Shown: piece after piece, positions 27,313-35,933 of the stretch
Layout: the number at the start of each line of letters is the position of its first letter
Numbering within the stretch: position 1 is the stretch's first letter
Assembly: GCA_964535295.1 (NCBI GenBank)
Contig: CAZHUW010000006.1
Span: 1 to 38,472 of the forward strand
From: an uncultured Bacteroidota bacterium
GTDB lineage: Bacteria; CLD3; SB21
DNA length: 38,472 bases
Direction: 5' to 3'
Notes under the pieces: generated by a model
What the model was told of the DNA's origin: nothing
What the model saw: only the letters and a program-made list of their open reading frames with translations
The model's database searches: none
Position numbers and translations under genes: made by a program

Positions 27313-27707
27313 TTCAGTTTCTCCAAAAATTTCTTTGGCGGGCGCGCCGGCCGGCCGCTATGATCGGTAAAAGCGTGAACGGTATGACCCGTAGCAACTA
27401 ATACCGTTTGACAGAATAACTTGTATTCGATCCGTATGCGCGCGCCATTCTGTTCTGTAAAAGCCGAATGCAGATCCAGTTCATCATCGTAGCGGATCGG
27501 TTTGATATAATTACAATGCGCCTCGATCACCGGAAGAAAAAATCCTTCCGATTCAAGCTGCGAATAAGGATAGCCCAGATCGCGCATGATCTCATTGCGG
27601 CCGACCTCGAACCAAACAAAATAACTCGCGTTATATGCGACTTTCATGCTGTCGGTCTCGGCGTAGCGGACGCGGATGCGGGTAATATTGGTTTTTGTTG
27701 AATTCAT
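27309..27707 (-). CDS. Acyl-CoA thioesterase (YbgC/FadM hot-dog fold)
   Basis: IRVRYAETDSMKVAYNASYFVWFEVGR. Start refined to the ATG at 27707; the upstream 35 codons of the ORF track are repeat-derived low-complexity sequence. Confidence 0.92.
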   Translation of the reverse strand: MNSTKTNITRIRVRYAETDSMKVAYNASYFVWFEVGRNEIMRDLGYPYSQLESEGFFLPVIEAHCNYIKPIRYDDELDLHSAFTEQNGARIRIEYKLFCQTVLVATGHTVHAFTDHSGRPARPPKKFLEKLK

Positions 27708-27731
27708 CTGTGGAATGTTTAATACGGGGCC

Positions 27732-27758
27732 CGCGAAATACGCGAAAAACACAAAAGA
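27732..27758 (+). repeat. Degenerate 9-mer tandem repeat (CGCGAAATA CGCGAAAAA CACAAAAGA)
   Basis: Directly visible in the accA-thioesterase spacer; only one arm is present. Confidence 0.5.
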
Positions 27759-27816
27759 ATGGAAGAAACAAAAAACACTTAACAAGAAATGAAAAATGAC
27801 TAATTGACTCAATGAA

Positions 27817-28773
27817 TCAATTCTTCAACTCTCCCCACCGTCCCATTTTGGAGTATTTCTCAATACGCGCATCAAGAAGCTCCGGTACAGGCATCTGCTG
27901 CAACACCTCCAATTCTTTCAAAACGGCTGCCTTCACATTTTTTGCGGCCTGATCGTAATCGCGGTTGGCGCCGCCGATAGGTTCCTTGATGATCCCGTCG
28001 ATCACATTGAACTTCATCAGATCGTCGGCGGTGAGTTTCAAAGCCGAAGCGGCTTGTTCCTTATACTCCCAGCTTCGCCATAAAATACTTGAACACGATT
28101 CCGGCGCGATCACAGAATACCAGGTATTCTCCATCATCAGCAATCGGTCGCCGACGCCGATACCTAAAGCGCCTCCGGAAGCGCCCTCTCCGATAATCAC
28201 GCAGATGACCGGAACGGGTAATCGCGACATGACCAAAAGATTTTTCGCGATCGCTTCGGCTTGTCCTCTCTCCTCCGCTTCAATACCGGGATAGGCGCCC
28301 GGCGTATCGATCAGCGTCAGGATCGGCCGTTTGAATTTAGCCGCCATATTCATCAGGCGCATGGCCTTGCGGTAGCCTTCCGGGTTGGGCATACCGAAAT
28401 TACGATACACGTGACTCTTGGTGTCTTTGCCTTTTTGCTGGCCGATGATCATGAATTCCGTGTTTTCGATCTTACCGATGCCGCCAACGATCGCGTGGTC
28501 GTCGCCAAATAAACGGTCGCCATGCAGTTCCACAAAGCCGACGCTGATACGCTCGATATAATCAAGCGACCGCGGCCTCTCGGGATGCCTCGCCAGTTGT
28601 ACCTTTTGCCAGGGGGTCAGGTTGGAGTAGATCTCTTCGCGCATTTGCTCCACCTTTTTTCTGAGGCCTTCGAGTTCTTCGGAAATATCCACTTGTTCCG
28701 CCGCAGATTCCATCTCCTGGATCTTACTCTCAAGTTCCGCGATCGGTTTTTCAAAATCCAATATAACGGGCAA
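27817..28773 (-). CDS. accA: Acetyl-CoA carboxylase carboxyltransferase alpha subunit
   Basis: [66 protein letters not shown] start with GGAGG RBS. Confidence 0.98.
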   Translation of the reverse strand: MPVILDFEKPIAELESKIQEMESAAEQVDISEELEGLRKKVEQMREEIYSNLTPWQKVQLARHPERPRSLDYIERISVGFVELHGDRLFGDDHAIVGGIGKIENTEFMIIGQQKGKDTKSHVYRNFGMPNPEGYRKAMRLMNMAAKFKRPILTLIDTPGAYPGIEAEERGQAEAIAKNLLVMSRLPVPVICVIIGEGASGGALGIGVGDRLLMMENTWYSVIAPESCSSILWRSWEYKEQAASALKLTADDLMKFNVIDGIIKEPIGGANRDYDQAAKNVKAAVLKELEVLQQMPVPELLDARIEKYSKMGRWGELKN

Positions 28774-28788
28774 GACGCCTCCTTGTGT

Positions 28789-29526
28789 TTATAACCTGCC
28801 GAAAAAATGCTTGATCTTCAGTTTCCAGACAAGCAGCAATCCTTCTTTGACGATATTCGCCGACATTTTGGAATAACCTATCGTTCGATCATAAAAGATG
28901 ATCGGCGTTTCACATAACTTAAACCCGAGTTTCCACACGCGGTAATTCATCTCGATCTGAAATGAATACCCGCTCGCGCTCACGCGGCTGAGATCGATGG
29001 CGCGAAGAACGTCGGCCCGAAAACATTTGAACCCGGCGGTCACATCGCGCACCGGAATTCCCGTCACAAACCGCGCATACCTATTGCCGAAATAACTGAT
29101 CAAAAGCCTGCTGAGCGGCCAATTGATCACATTCACTCCTTTGACGTATCGCGATCCGATCACGAGATCGTATTCCAGGATCTTTTCAAAAAAGTCTTTC
29201 AGGTATACGGGGTCGTGCGACAGATCGGCGTCCATCTCAAAAATGTAATCGTACTTCTGTTCCAACGCAAAAAGAAATCCTGCCACGTACGCTTTCCCGA
29301 GGCCTTGCTTCTCGCTGCGTTCGAGCAAATGGATCCGCGGATCGGAGGTTTGCAACTCTTTAACAACCTGTCCGGTACCGTCGGGAGAATTATCATCCAC
29401 CACCAGGATATGCAGTTCCGATATATAACGGGTGAAATCGTACGCGTATATCCTGGCGATAATCAGCGGAATCGTATCTTTCTCATTGTAGGTCGGAATC
29501 ACAATGAGCGCGCGTTTATCGTTCAT
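28789..29526 (-). CDS. Polyprenol monophosphomannose synthase-like glycosyltransferase (GT2, DPM1-like)
   Basis: IVIPTYNE, VVDDNSPDGT, GLGKAY, EMDADLSH, VIGSRY, DVTAGFKCF, GYSFQIE. Confidence 0.93.
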   Translation of the reverse strand: MNDKRALIVIPTYNEKDTIPLIIARIYAYDFTRYISELHILVVDDNSPDGTGQVVKELQTSDPRIHLLERSEKQGLGKAYVAGFLFALEQKYDYIFEMDADLSHDPVYLKDFFEKILEYDLVIGSRYVKGVNVINWPLSRLLISYFGNRYARFVTGIPVRDVTAGFKCFRADVLRAIDLSRVSASGYSFQIEMNYRVWKLGFKLCETPIIFYDRTIGYSKMSANIVKEGLLLVWKLKIKHFFGRL

Positions 29527-29541
29527 CCAAATTCCTTTGTA

Positions 29542-30006
29542 TTAGAAACGGCATCCGTTTTGTTTAAAGAACAATAAACGGTCTCTCAAATGATGATCCG
29601 AAAAAGAAAGTATCTGCGCGGCAAGAATCGCGGCGTTCTTTGCGCCGTTGGGGCCGATACCCATCGTGGCTACCGGCGTGCCTTCCGGAAGCTGAGCCAT
29701 GGCATAAAGCGTATCCAATCCATGCGTCGAACCGGATGAAAGCGGAATGCCGATCACAGGCAGATAGGTCCGGGAGGCGATTGCCGAGGCTAAACCCGAT
29801 GTGGTACTGTAGGCGGCTATAAAGACCCGGATCCCGCGATCGGTGCCTTTTTTGACAAACTCGACCAGTTCTTCCGGATTAGATAAATGTTCAATAGTGA
29901 CGGTTTCGTAACGCAGACCGAAACGATCAAGGTATTCCTTGCACCCTTTGATTTGCTCCGCCTCCTGGCCGTTCTCGAGCATAATAGCGATCTCGGTTAG
30001 ATTCAT
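29542..30006 (-). CDS. PurE (AIR carboxylase/N5-CAIR mutase)-fold protein with degenerate active site
   Basis: The C-terminal half is clearly PurE (LPVIGIP, GLDTLYAMAQLPEGTPVATMGIG, GAKNAAILAAQIL). The MGSxSD, SAHR and GAGGAAH motifs are replaced. Confidence 0.85.
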   Translation of the reverse strand: MNLTEIAIMLENGQEAEQIKGCKEYLDRFGLRYETVTIEHLSNPEELVEFVKKGTDRGIRVFIAAYSTTSGLASAIASRTYLPVIGIPLSSGSTHGLDTLYAMAQLPEGTPVATMGIGPNGAKNAAILAAQILSFSDHHLRDRLLFFKQNGCRF

Positions 30007-30012
30007 TTATCC

Positions 30013-30504
30013 TCAATTATGTATTTTGGTTACCATGTCGGACAGCAGCGCCGATTGGACCTGCTTTTCATCAACTAATTTCTGCATAAAAACGCGGGTG
30101 CCTTCATCCTGTGCAACGGCCGTATGAAAAATGTACTGATTGTACATGTCATGAATTTCCCTCAAGCTGAGCGAGAGACGCACGCCGAACTGATCATGAA
30201 ATACGAACTCCGGTTTTACGGGTTCCTTTCCGGCTTGTTCGGCAATACGCTGTTTGAGCGATTCGATCAATGCTGCCTGCCGCGTAAGAAAAGCGTTCAG
30301 TTTTTCTTTTAGATAAGGGTATTGAACTTCACTGATCACCAGCTTTACATGCTCATATACTTTCGATTCATGAATGTAAAAATCGAGGAACTGCGCATTC
30401 GATGCGCGGTGATTGGATTGGGCCGGAAACGTACGGTCCCACCAGTCCAATAATTTCTGCAGGGTCCTGCCTGCGCCGGTTGTATCTTGTTGTACCTGTG
30501 CCAT
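30013..30504 (-). CDS. Ferritin-like four-helix-bundle protein, apparently lacking di-iron ligands
   Basis: Helical pattern FLDFYIHE...YPYLKEKL...LKQRIAEQAGKEP and QDEGTRVFMQKLVDEK resembles ferritin-like domains. GAAGGA RBS. Confidence 0.6.
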   Translation of the reverse strand: MAQVQQDTTGAGRTLQKLLDWWDRTFPAQSNHRASNAQFLDFYIHESKVYEHVKLVISEVQYPYLKEKLNAFLTRQAALIESLKQRIAEQAGKEPVKPEFVFHDQFGVRLSLSLREIHDMYNQYIFHTAVAQDEGTRVFMQKLVDEKQVQSALLSDMVTKIHN

Positions 30505-30536
30505 AATATATCCTTCGAATAGTTTAGCTTGCGGGC

Positions 30537-30565
30537 AATTTAAATGAATTTTGAAAACGTTGCAA
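30537..30565 (-). promoter_or_regulatory. Putative sigma70 promoter of the ferritin-like...PAP2 operon
   Basis: TTGCAA-N17-TAAATT on the minus strand. Confidence 0.6.
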
Positions 30566-30667
30566 GTAGTATCTCAGGAAGACATCTGCAACGTCACCGG
30601 CGCTATAAAACAGATACCGTCCTTCAAACGTAACGAACCGTCACGATCCGTCTCACAAAATCAATAA

Positions 30668-30696
30668 TTGACCTGATTGGATAATATTCTTATAAT
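30668..30696 (+). promoter_or_regulatory. Near-consensus sigma70 promoter of anmK (leaderless)
   Basis: TTGACC-N17-TATAAT, ending 6 nt before the ATG at 30703. Confidence 0.75.
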
Positions 30697-30702
30697 TAAA
30701 AT

Positions 30703-31878
30703 ATGCATCTCATTGAAAAATTTTCCCAAAAACCAGAACGGCTGGTGATCGGACTCAATTCGGGCACATCTATGGACTCTATGGATGTCGCCTTGGTAAG
30801 AATTGAAGGCAGCGGCTTGTCGGCAAAGCCGCATCTGCAGATGTATAACCATTTCCTCTTCCCGGACGGACTCAAGGATCATGTTCTGTCGAGCGTCGAT
30901 AAAGGCTCGTTGCAGGATATTTCCCAGCTTCACGTTCTGCTGGGCCGCATCTTTGCTAACACGGTAAATCAATTTCTGGAACTCCTGGGTATCAAAGCCG
31001 GAGCGGTAGACCTTATTGGTTCGCACGGACAAACGGTATTGCACCATCCGAATATGGCAAGATTATTCCGGTACAACGTGCATTCCACGCTTCAGATCGG
31101 TGATCCCTCCGTGATCGCTCAGGAAACGGGCATTCTTACGGTCGGCGATTTCCGATCCGCCGATGTGGCTGCAGGAGGGAGCGGCGCCCCCTTGACGCCG
31201 TACCTGGATTACATCGTTTTCCGAAGCCCTACCCAAAATCGCGGTATATTGAATATCGGCGGCATTGCTAATTTCTCGGTGTTGAAAAAGGGCGGCAGCC
31301 TTGAAGACATCACCGCATTCGATACCGGGCCGGGTAATATGATGATCGATTATATCACGCAGAAATTCTTCGCACTGCCATGCGACAAGAACGGCGACAT
31401 TGCGCGGGCATCCAGAGTAAATGAAGAACTGCTGGAGGAACTGATGCATCATGCGTATTTCTTTCAGTCATTACCTAAAACAACGGGCCGCGAGATTTTC
31501 GGCCAACAATACTGCCAGCACCTGATCGCCCATTTTCCACAAGTATCCCCGGAGGAATTTGTTGCTACTTTTACGGAATTTACAGCCCGGTCGATATTCG
31601 ATCAGTATGAGCGTTTCGTTCAGCCGGAATCGCGCTGGGACGAACTCATTGTCAGCGGCGGCGGAGCCAGAAACCTGTTTCTCGTGGAGAGGCTGAAATT
31701 CCATTTTAAGGATGTTCATGTCAAATTATCTTCGGACTACAATATTCCGACGGATGCAAAGGAAGCGATCCTCTTCGCTATCCTTGCTAATGAGGCGATC
31801 TGCGGAAATGCGGCCAATATCCCGCATGTAACCGGCGCCAAGAAGAAAGCCATACTCGGAAAGATCTGTTTACCTTAA
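30703..31878 (+). CDS. anmK: Anhydro-N-acetylmuramic acid kinase
   Basis: IGLNSGTSMDSMD, IGSHGQT, DFRSADVAAGGSGAPL, LNIGGIAN, FDTGPGN, PKTTGRE, KEAILFA. Confidence 0.97.
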   Translation: MHLIEKFSQKPERLVIGLNSGTSMDSMDVALVRIEGSGLSAKPHLQMYNHFLFPDGLKDHVLSSVDKGSLQDISQLHVLLGRIFANTVNQFLELLGIKAGAVDLIGSHGQTVLHHPNMARLFRYNVHSTLQIGDPSVIAQETGILTVGDFRSADVAAGGSGAPLTPYLDYIVFRSPTQNRGILNIGGIANFSVLKKGGSLEDITAFDTGPGNMMIDYITQKFFALPCDKNGDIARASRVNEELLEELMHHAYFFQSLPKTTGREIFGQQYCQHLIAHFPQVSPEEFVATFTEFTARSIFDQYERFVQPESRWDELIVSGGGARNLFLVERLKFHFKDVHVKLSSDYNIPTDAKEAILFAILANEAICGNAANIPHVTGAKKKAILGKICLP

Positions 31879-31905
31879 ATCAATAGAAGCAAAAAAAAGC
31901 CGATT

Positions 31906-32202
31906 ATGAAAAAACCTGTTAAAGAAAAGATCCTGACCCTGCACCCTGAAGGTAAAACCGGTGTGAGGATCGACGCGGCGAAATACGAGATGATAAAAGA
32001 AGCGATCATCAAAATTCTCAAAAGAAGAAAGATCTTGACATTCGAAGGTCTGGCTGAAGAAGTTGTCGCGTCAGTTGAAAAACGATTTGAAGGATCGGTG
32101 CTTTGGTATTATACGACGGTTAAGCTCGATCTTGAAGCGAGAAAAATGATCCGGAGGATACCGGGTTCCCGGCCACAGCAGATAACCTTTGGAAAGAAGT
32201 AG
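31906..32202 (+). CDS. Small basic winged-helix-like protein (DUF6958-like)
   Basis: ILTLHPEGKTGV.I...KYE, LTFEGL, FEGSVLWYYTTVKLDLEARK.I.R. Confidence 0.75.
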   Translation: MKKPVKEKILTLHPEGKTGVRIDAAKYEMIKEAIIKILKRRKILTFEGLAEEVVASVEKRFEGSVLWYYTTVKLDLEARKMIRRIPGSRPQQITFGKK

Positions 32203-32256
32203 GCTAAAAACTCATAAATTTTCTCATACTACGACGCTCTTGTTAAAGAATGAATC

Positions 32257-32886
32257 ATGCACGGACCTGACCCATTAACAAAATTTCCTTTAAATGGAAT
32301 TGACTCCTTATGTTTTTTAAAGAACATACTATCCGCCCCAAATATCATCGTCGGCGATTATACCTATTATGACGACTTTGAAACGGTCGAGAACTTCAAG
32401 AAGAATGTGAAATATCATTTCGATTTTACCGGCGACAAACTGATCATCGGGAAATTCTGCCAGATCGCATCCGGTGTCGAGTTCATTATGAACGGCGGCA
32501 ATCATCTGGTGGATGCCGTCTCCACTTTCCCTTTCTCCATTTTCGGCAATGGCTGGGAAAGCACCATGGAAGGAAAAACTTTCCCAAACAAAGGCAATAC
32601 AGAGATCGGCAACGACGTGTGGATCGGTTACCGCTCTCTTATCATGCCGGGGATCAGGATCGGCGACGGCGCCATTATTGCAACCGCCTCGGTCGTAACG
32701 AAAGATATTCCACCGTATTCGATATCGGGAGGAAATCCTGCACAACTCATTCGAATGCGGTTTGACGAAAAGACCATAGAAAAATTACTTCAGATCAAAT
32801 GGTGGGATTGGGATGCGGAAAAGATCGCTAAATACGCTAATCTCCTGACATCAAACGATGTCAGGCCTTTTGAAAAAATAAGATAA
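32257..32886 (+). CDS. Vat/CatB-family hexapeptide-repeat O-acetyltransferase
   Basis: GPDP, NIIVGDYTYYDD, LIIGKFCQIASG, GGNH..DAVSTFPF, IGNDVWIG, IGDGAII, GGNPA..IR.RF, WWDWD. Confidence 0.92.
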   Translation: MHGPDPLTKFPLNGIDSLCFLKNILSAPNIIVGDYTYYDDFETVENFKKNVKYHFDFTGDKLIIGKFCQIASGVEFIMNGGNHLVDAVSTFPFSIFGNGWESTMEGKTFPNKGNTEIGNDVWIGYRSLIMPGIRIGDGAIIATASVVTKDIPPYSISGGNPAQLIRMRFDEKTIEKLLQIKWWDWDAEKIAKYANLLTSNDVRPFEKIR

Positions 32887-32906
32887 CGAGTAACAGAAAT
32901 CATTCG

Positions 32907-34799
32907 ATGCACAAAGACAAAATATTCGTTATCGATTTTGACAGCACTTTTATCCGGCTGGAATCGCTTGACGAGCTCGCTGATATTGCTCTCAAAGAAC
33001 ATCCGAATAAGAATAATATTCTGGCAGAGATCAGGAATATTACCCGCCAGGGCATGGAAGGAACTATCACCTTTTCAGAGTCCCTTAAAAAACGGCTGGC
33101 TCTTTTCACACCCAAAAAACAGCATCTGCAGGAATTGATCCACCTTCTTCGAGATGCCATTACACCGTCAATTTTGCGTAATAAAGAATTTTTTATCCAA
33201 TTTGCCGACCAGATCTACATCCTGTCCGGCGGTTTCACCGATTATATCTTTCCGGTCGTAGAAGAATTCGGGATACAGCGGTCGCATGTTCTTGCCAATA
33301 CGTTTGTCTTCACCAAGTCCGGCAGCATTTCCGGAGCCGATATGAAGAATCCGCTTGCTCAGAACGGCGGCAAAGCGAAAGCGATACGTCAAAAGAAACT
33401 CAAAGGTGATATCTTCGTGATCGGCGACGGGATCACCGATTACGAGATCAAAGAAAAAGGCCTGTGTAAAACGTTCATTGCCTTTACAGAGAACGTGCAA
33501 AGAAAGAACGTTATGGGGTTGGCGGACGCGGTATGCCCTAATTTCGACGATGTCCTCTTCTATCAGAACCTTCCCGGCCGATATTCATATCCCAAGAACA
33601 GGATCAAAGCCCTGCTGCTGGAAAACGTTCATCCGTCCGCGGCTGAAATTCTGAACAAAGAAGGATACACAGTCGAAACCTTACCCCAAGCCTTGAGTTT
33701 TGATGAACTAAAAAACAAACTTTCCGATGTCAGCATCCTTGGTATCCGCTCAAAGACCGAGATCACGCCGGAAGTGTTGAAACTGGCTCCTAAACTCATA
33801 GCGATCGGCGTTTTTGCAATCGGCACCAACGAGGTCAATCTAAAGGCTGCCGCCGAACAAGGCGTCCCCGTTTTCAACGCTCCGCATAGCAGTACGCGAA
33901 GCGTTGCCGAATTGGTTTTGGGATATATTTTTTCCTTGTCACGTCAATTACCACAGAAAAGCCATGAACTGCGAAGCGGCACCTGGACCAAAGCGGCAAA
34001 GGGTTCTTACGAAGTACGCGGTAAGAAACTGGGGATTATCGGCTACGGCAATATCGGGTCGACCCTTTCTGTACTGGCAGAATCGCTGGGAATGACGGTA
34101 TGTTTTTACGACATACAGGAAAAACTGGCGCTGGGCAATGCCACGGCTTGTTCATCCATGCGCGATGTTTTGCAACAGGCCGACATCGTCACCCTACATG
34201 TTGACGGACGAAAAGAGAACAAAAATCTGATCGGCGCGTATGAATTTGACGCTATGAAGGAAGGCGTACTTTTTATTAATGCAAGCCGCGGGAACGTTGT
34301 AGACATGGATGCCCTGTGCGCGGCGTTACGATCGGGAAAGATCCGCGGCGCGGCGGTGGATGTGTATCCGAAAGAACCTAAAAGCAATAAAGAGGCTTTC
34401 ATCTCACCCCTGCAGCAATTTGAGAATGTGATCCTGACGCCGCATATCGGCGCCAGCACAGAAGAAGCTCAGAAAAATATCGGCGAATATGTTGCGGGCA
34501 AATGCATCTCTTTTGTGAATACCGGCAATACGATGTTAAGCGTTAACTTTCCGCAGCTCCAGCTTCCGGAATTACGCAACGGACACCGGATCATTCACAT
34601 TCACCGCAATCTGCCCGGGGTACTGTCAAAGATCAACAGCATCATTGCGCATCATAAGATCAATATCGAAGGACAGTATTTAAAAACGAACGAGTACATC
34701 GGGTATGTCATCACGGACGTTACGGCGGAATATCCGAAAGAAGTAATTCAGGAACTCAAAGATATTCCAGAAACGATACGGCTGAGAATGCTTTATTAA
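32907..34799 (+). CDS. serA: Fused HAD phosphoserine phosphatase (SerB-like) and D-3-phosphoglycerate dehydrogenase with ACT domain
   Basis: N-terminal DFDST (HAD motif I), ILSGG, IGDGITD. From about aa 230: GIRSKT, GIIGYGNIG, NASRG, DVYPKEP, TPHIGAST and a C-terminal ACT domain. Confidence 0.95.
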   Translation: MHKDKIFVIDFDSTFIRLESLDELADIALKEHPNKNNILAEIRNITRQGMEGTITFSESLKKRLALFTPKKQHLQELIHLLRDAITPSILRNKEFFIQFADQIYILSGGFTDYIFPVVEEFGIQRSHVLANTFVFTKSGSISGADMKNPLAQNGGKAKAIRQKKLKGDIFVIGDGITDYEIKEKGLCKTFIAFTENVQRKNVMGLADAVCPNFDDVLFYQNLPGRYSYPKNRIKALLLENVHPSAAEILNKEGYTVETLPQALSFDELKNKLSDVSILGIRSKTEITPEVLKLAPKLIAIGVFAIGTNEVNLKAAAEQGVPVFNAPHSSTRSVAELVLGYIFSLSRQLPQKSHELRSGTWTKAAKGSYEVRGKKLGIIGYGNIGSTLSVLAESLGMTVCFYDIQEKLALGNATACSSMRDVLQQADIVTLHVDGRKENKNLIGAYEFDAMKEGVLFINASRGNVVDMDALCAALRSGKIRGAAVDVYPKEPKSNKEAFISPLQQFENVILTPHIGASTEEAQKNIGEYVAGKCISFVNTGNTMLSVNFPQLQLPELRNGHRIIHIHRNLPGVLSKINSIIAHHKINIEGQYLKTNEYIGYVITDVTAEYPKEVIQELKDIPETIRLRMLY

Positions 34800-34831
34800 T
34801 GAATAATGAGTAATGAACAATGTTCAATGAC
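34797..34831 (+). repeat. Five tandem heptamers (T/C)AATG(A/T)N bridging the serA stop and serC start
   Basis: TAATGAA TAATGAG TAATGAA CAATGTT CAATGAC immediately followed by ATG at 34832. Confidence 0.7.
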
Positions 34832-35905
34832 ATGATCTACTTCACAGCAGGACCGACACAAACGTACCCTACTTTGCGTCAGCATCTGGTCAAGGCAGCG
34901 GACGAACAGATCGGATCCATTTCTCACCGCAGTGTGGAATTCAAACGTATTTACGAGGAAACGGTCTTGCACCTGCGGCAACTTTTGAATTTGCCGATCG
35001 GCCATGAAATATTCTTTCTCTCGTCGGCAACGGAATGCTGGGAACGGATCATTGAGAATTGCGTTGCGGAATCGTCGTATCACCTGGTCAGCGGCGCTTT
35101 CGGCGCGAAGTTCTACGATACCGCCGTCGCCTTAAATAAGAAGCCGTTACAATCCCGCGTGCCCGAAGGCGAAGGATTTGACGTCGATCAAATAACGATA
35201 GCCCCGGAAACCGAACTGATCGCGGTCACTCAAAATGAATCTGCCACCGGAGTCGCCATGCCGCCGGAAGATATTGACCGGCTTGCAGAAAAATATCCGG
35301 ATAAACTGATCGCGGTGGATTGCGTTTCATCTCTTCCTTATGTTGACCTTAACTATGCACGTCTTGACGCGGTCTACGTATCCGTTCAAAAAGGTTTCGG
35401 ATTACCTGCCGGCCTGGCGATCATGATCGTTAGCCCGCGTGCCATTGAAAAGTCAAAGTTATTGCAAAAACAGGTTTATTACACCGGCGGTTACAGGGAT
35501 TTTTCATCTATGCAAACTTACGGACGCGAATTCCAAACCTTTGAAACTCCTAATGTTTTCAACATTTATTTATTGAATTGCGTACTCAAGGATATGCTTG
35601 GGCTCGGCATAAAAATCATTCGGGATGAGACCTTGCAAAAGCATACGGAACTCGAGAATTTTATTTCAGCGCATTCTAAATTCTCTTATTTTGTCAAAGA
35701 TCCCTTGGCAAGGTCCAAAACCGTTAATGTGATAAATGTAGACGGAGGATCCGCTGCACTGATCGCTACACTGAGAAAAAAAGGATTTGAGATCGGATCG
35801 GGATATGGAAAACACAAAGATTCCGTTGTACGGATCACAAATTTCCCGGCGCATAGTATGGATGATATGCGGCAATTGATCACAGCTATCCGGCAAGAAA
35901 TATGA
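34832..35905 (+). CDS. serC: Phosphoserine aminotransferase (class V PLP enzyme)
   Basis: IYFTAGP, ISHRS, QNESATGV, VDCVSS, SVQKGFG (PLP Lys), ETPN. Adjacent to serA. Start is 34832 or 34820. Confidence 0.85.
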   Translation: MIYFTAGPTQTYPTLRQHLVKAADEQIGSISHRSVEFKRIYEETVLHLRQLLNLPIGHEIFFLSSATECWERIIENCVAESSYHLVSGAFGAKFYDTAVALNKKPLQSRVPEGEGFDVDQITIAPETELIAVTQNESATGVAMPPEDIDRLAEKYPDKLIAVDCVSSLPYVDLNYARLDAVYVSVQKGFGLPAGLAIMIVSPRAIEKSKLLQKQVYYTGGYRDFSSMQTYGREFQTFETPNVFNIYLLNCVLKDMLGLGIKIIRDETLQKHTELENFISAHSKFSYFVKDPLARSKTVNVINVDGGSAALIATLRKKGFEIGSGYGKHKDSVVRITNFPAHSMDDMRQLITAIRQEI

Positions 35906-35933
35906 TCATACAAAACCCATAACATTTAATCGT

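Noticed and set aside
27708-27812. ORF-track N-terminal extension of the thioesterase
   Set aside because: Phe-rich low-complexity translation of an intergenic repeat; homology begins at MNSTKT (27707).
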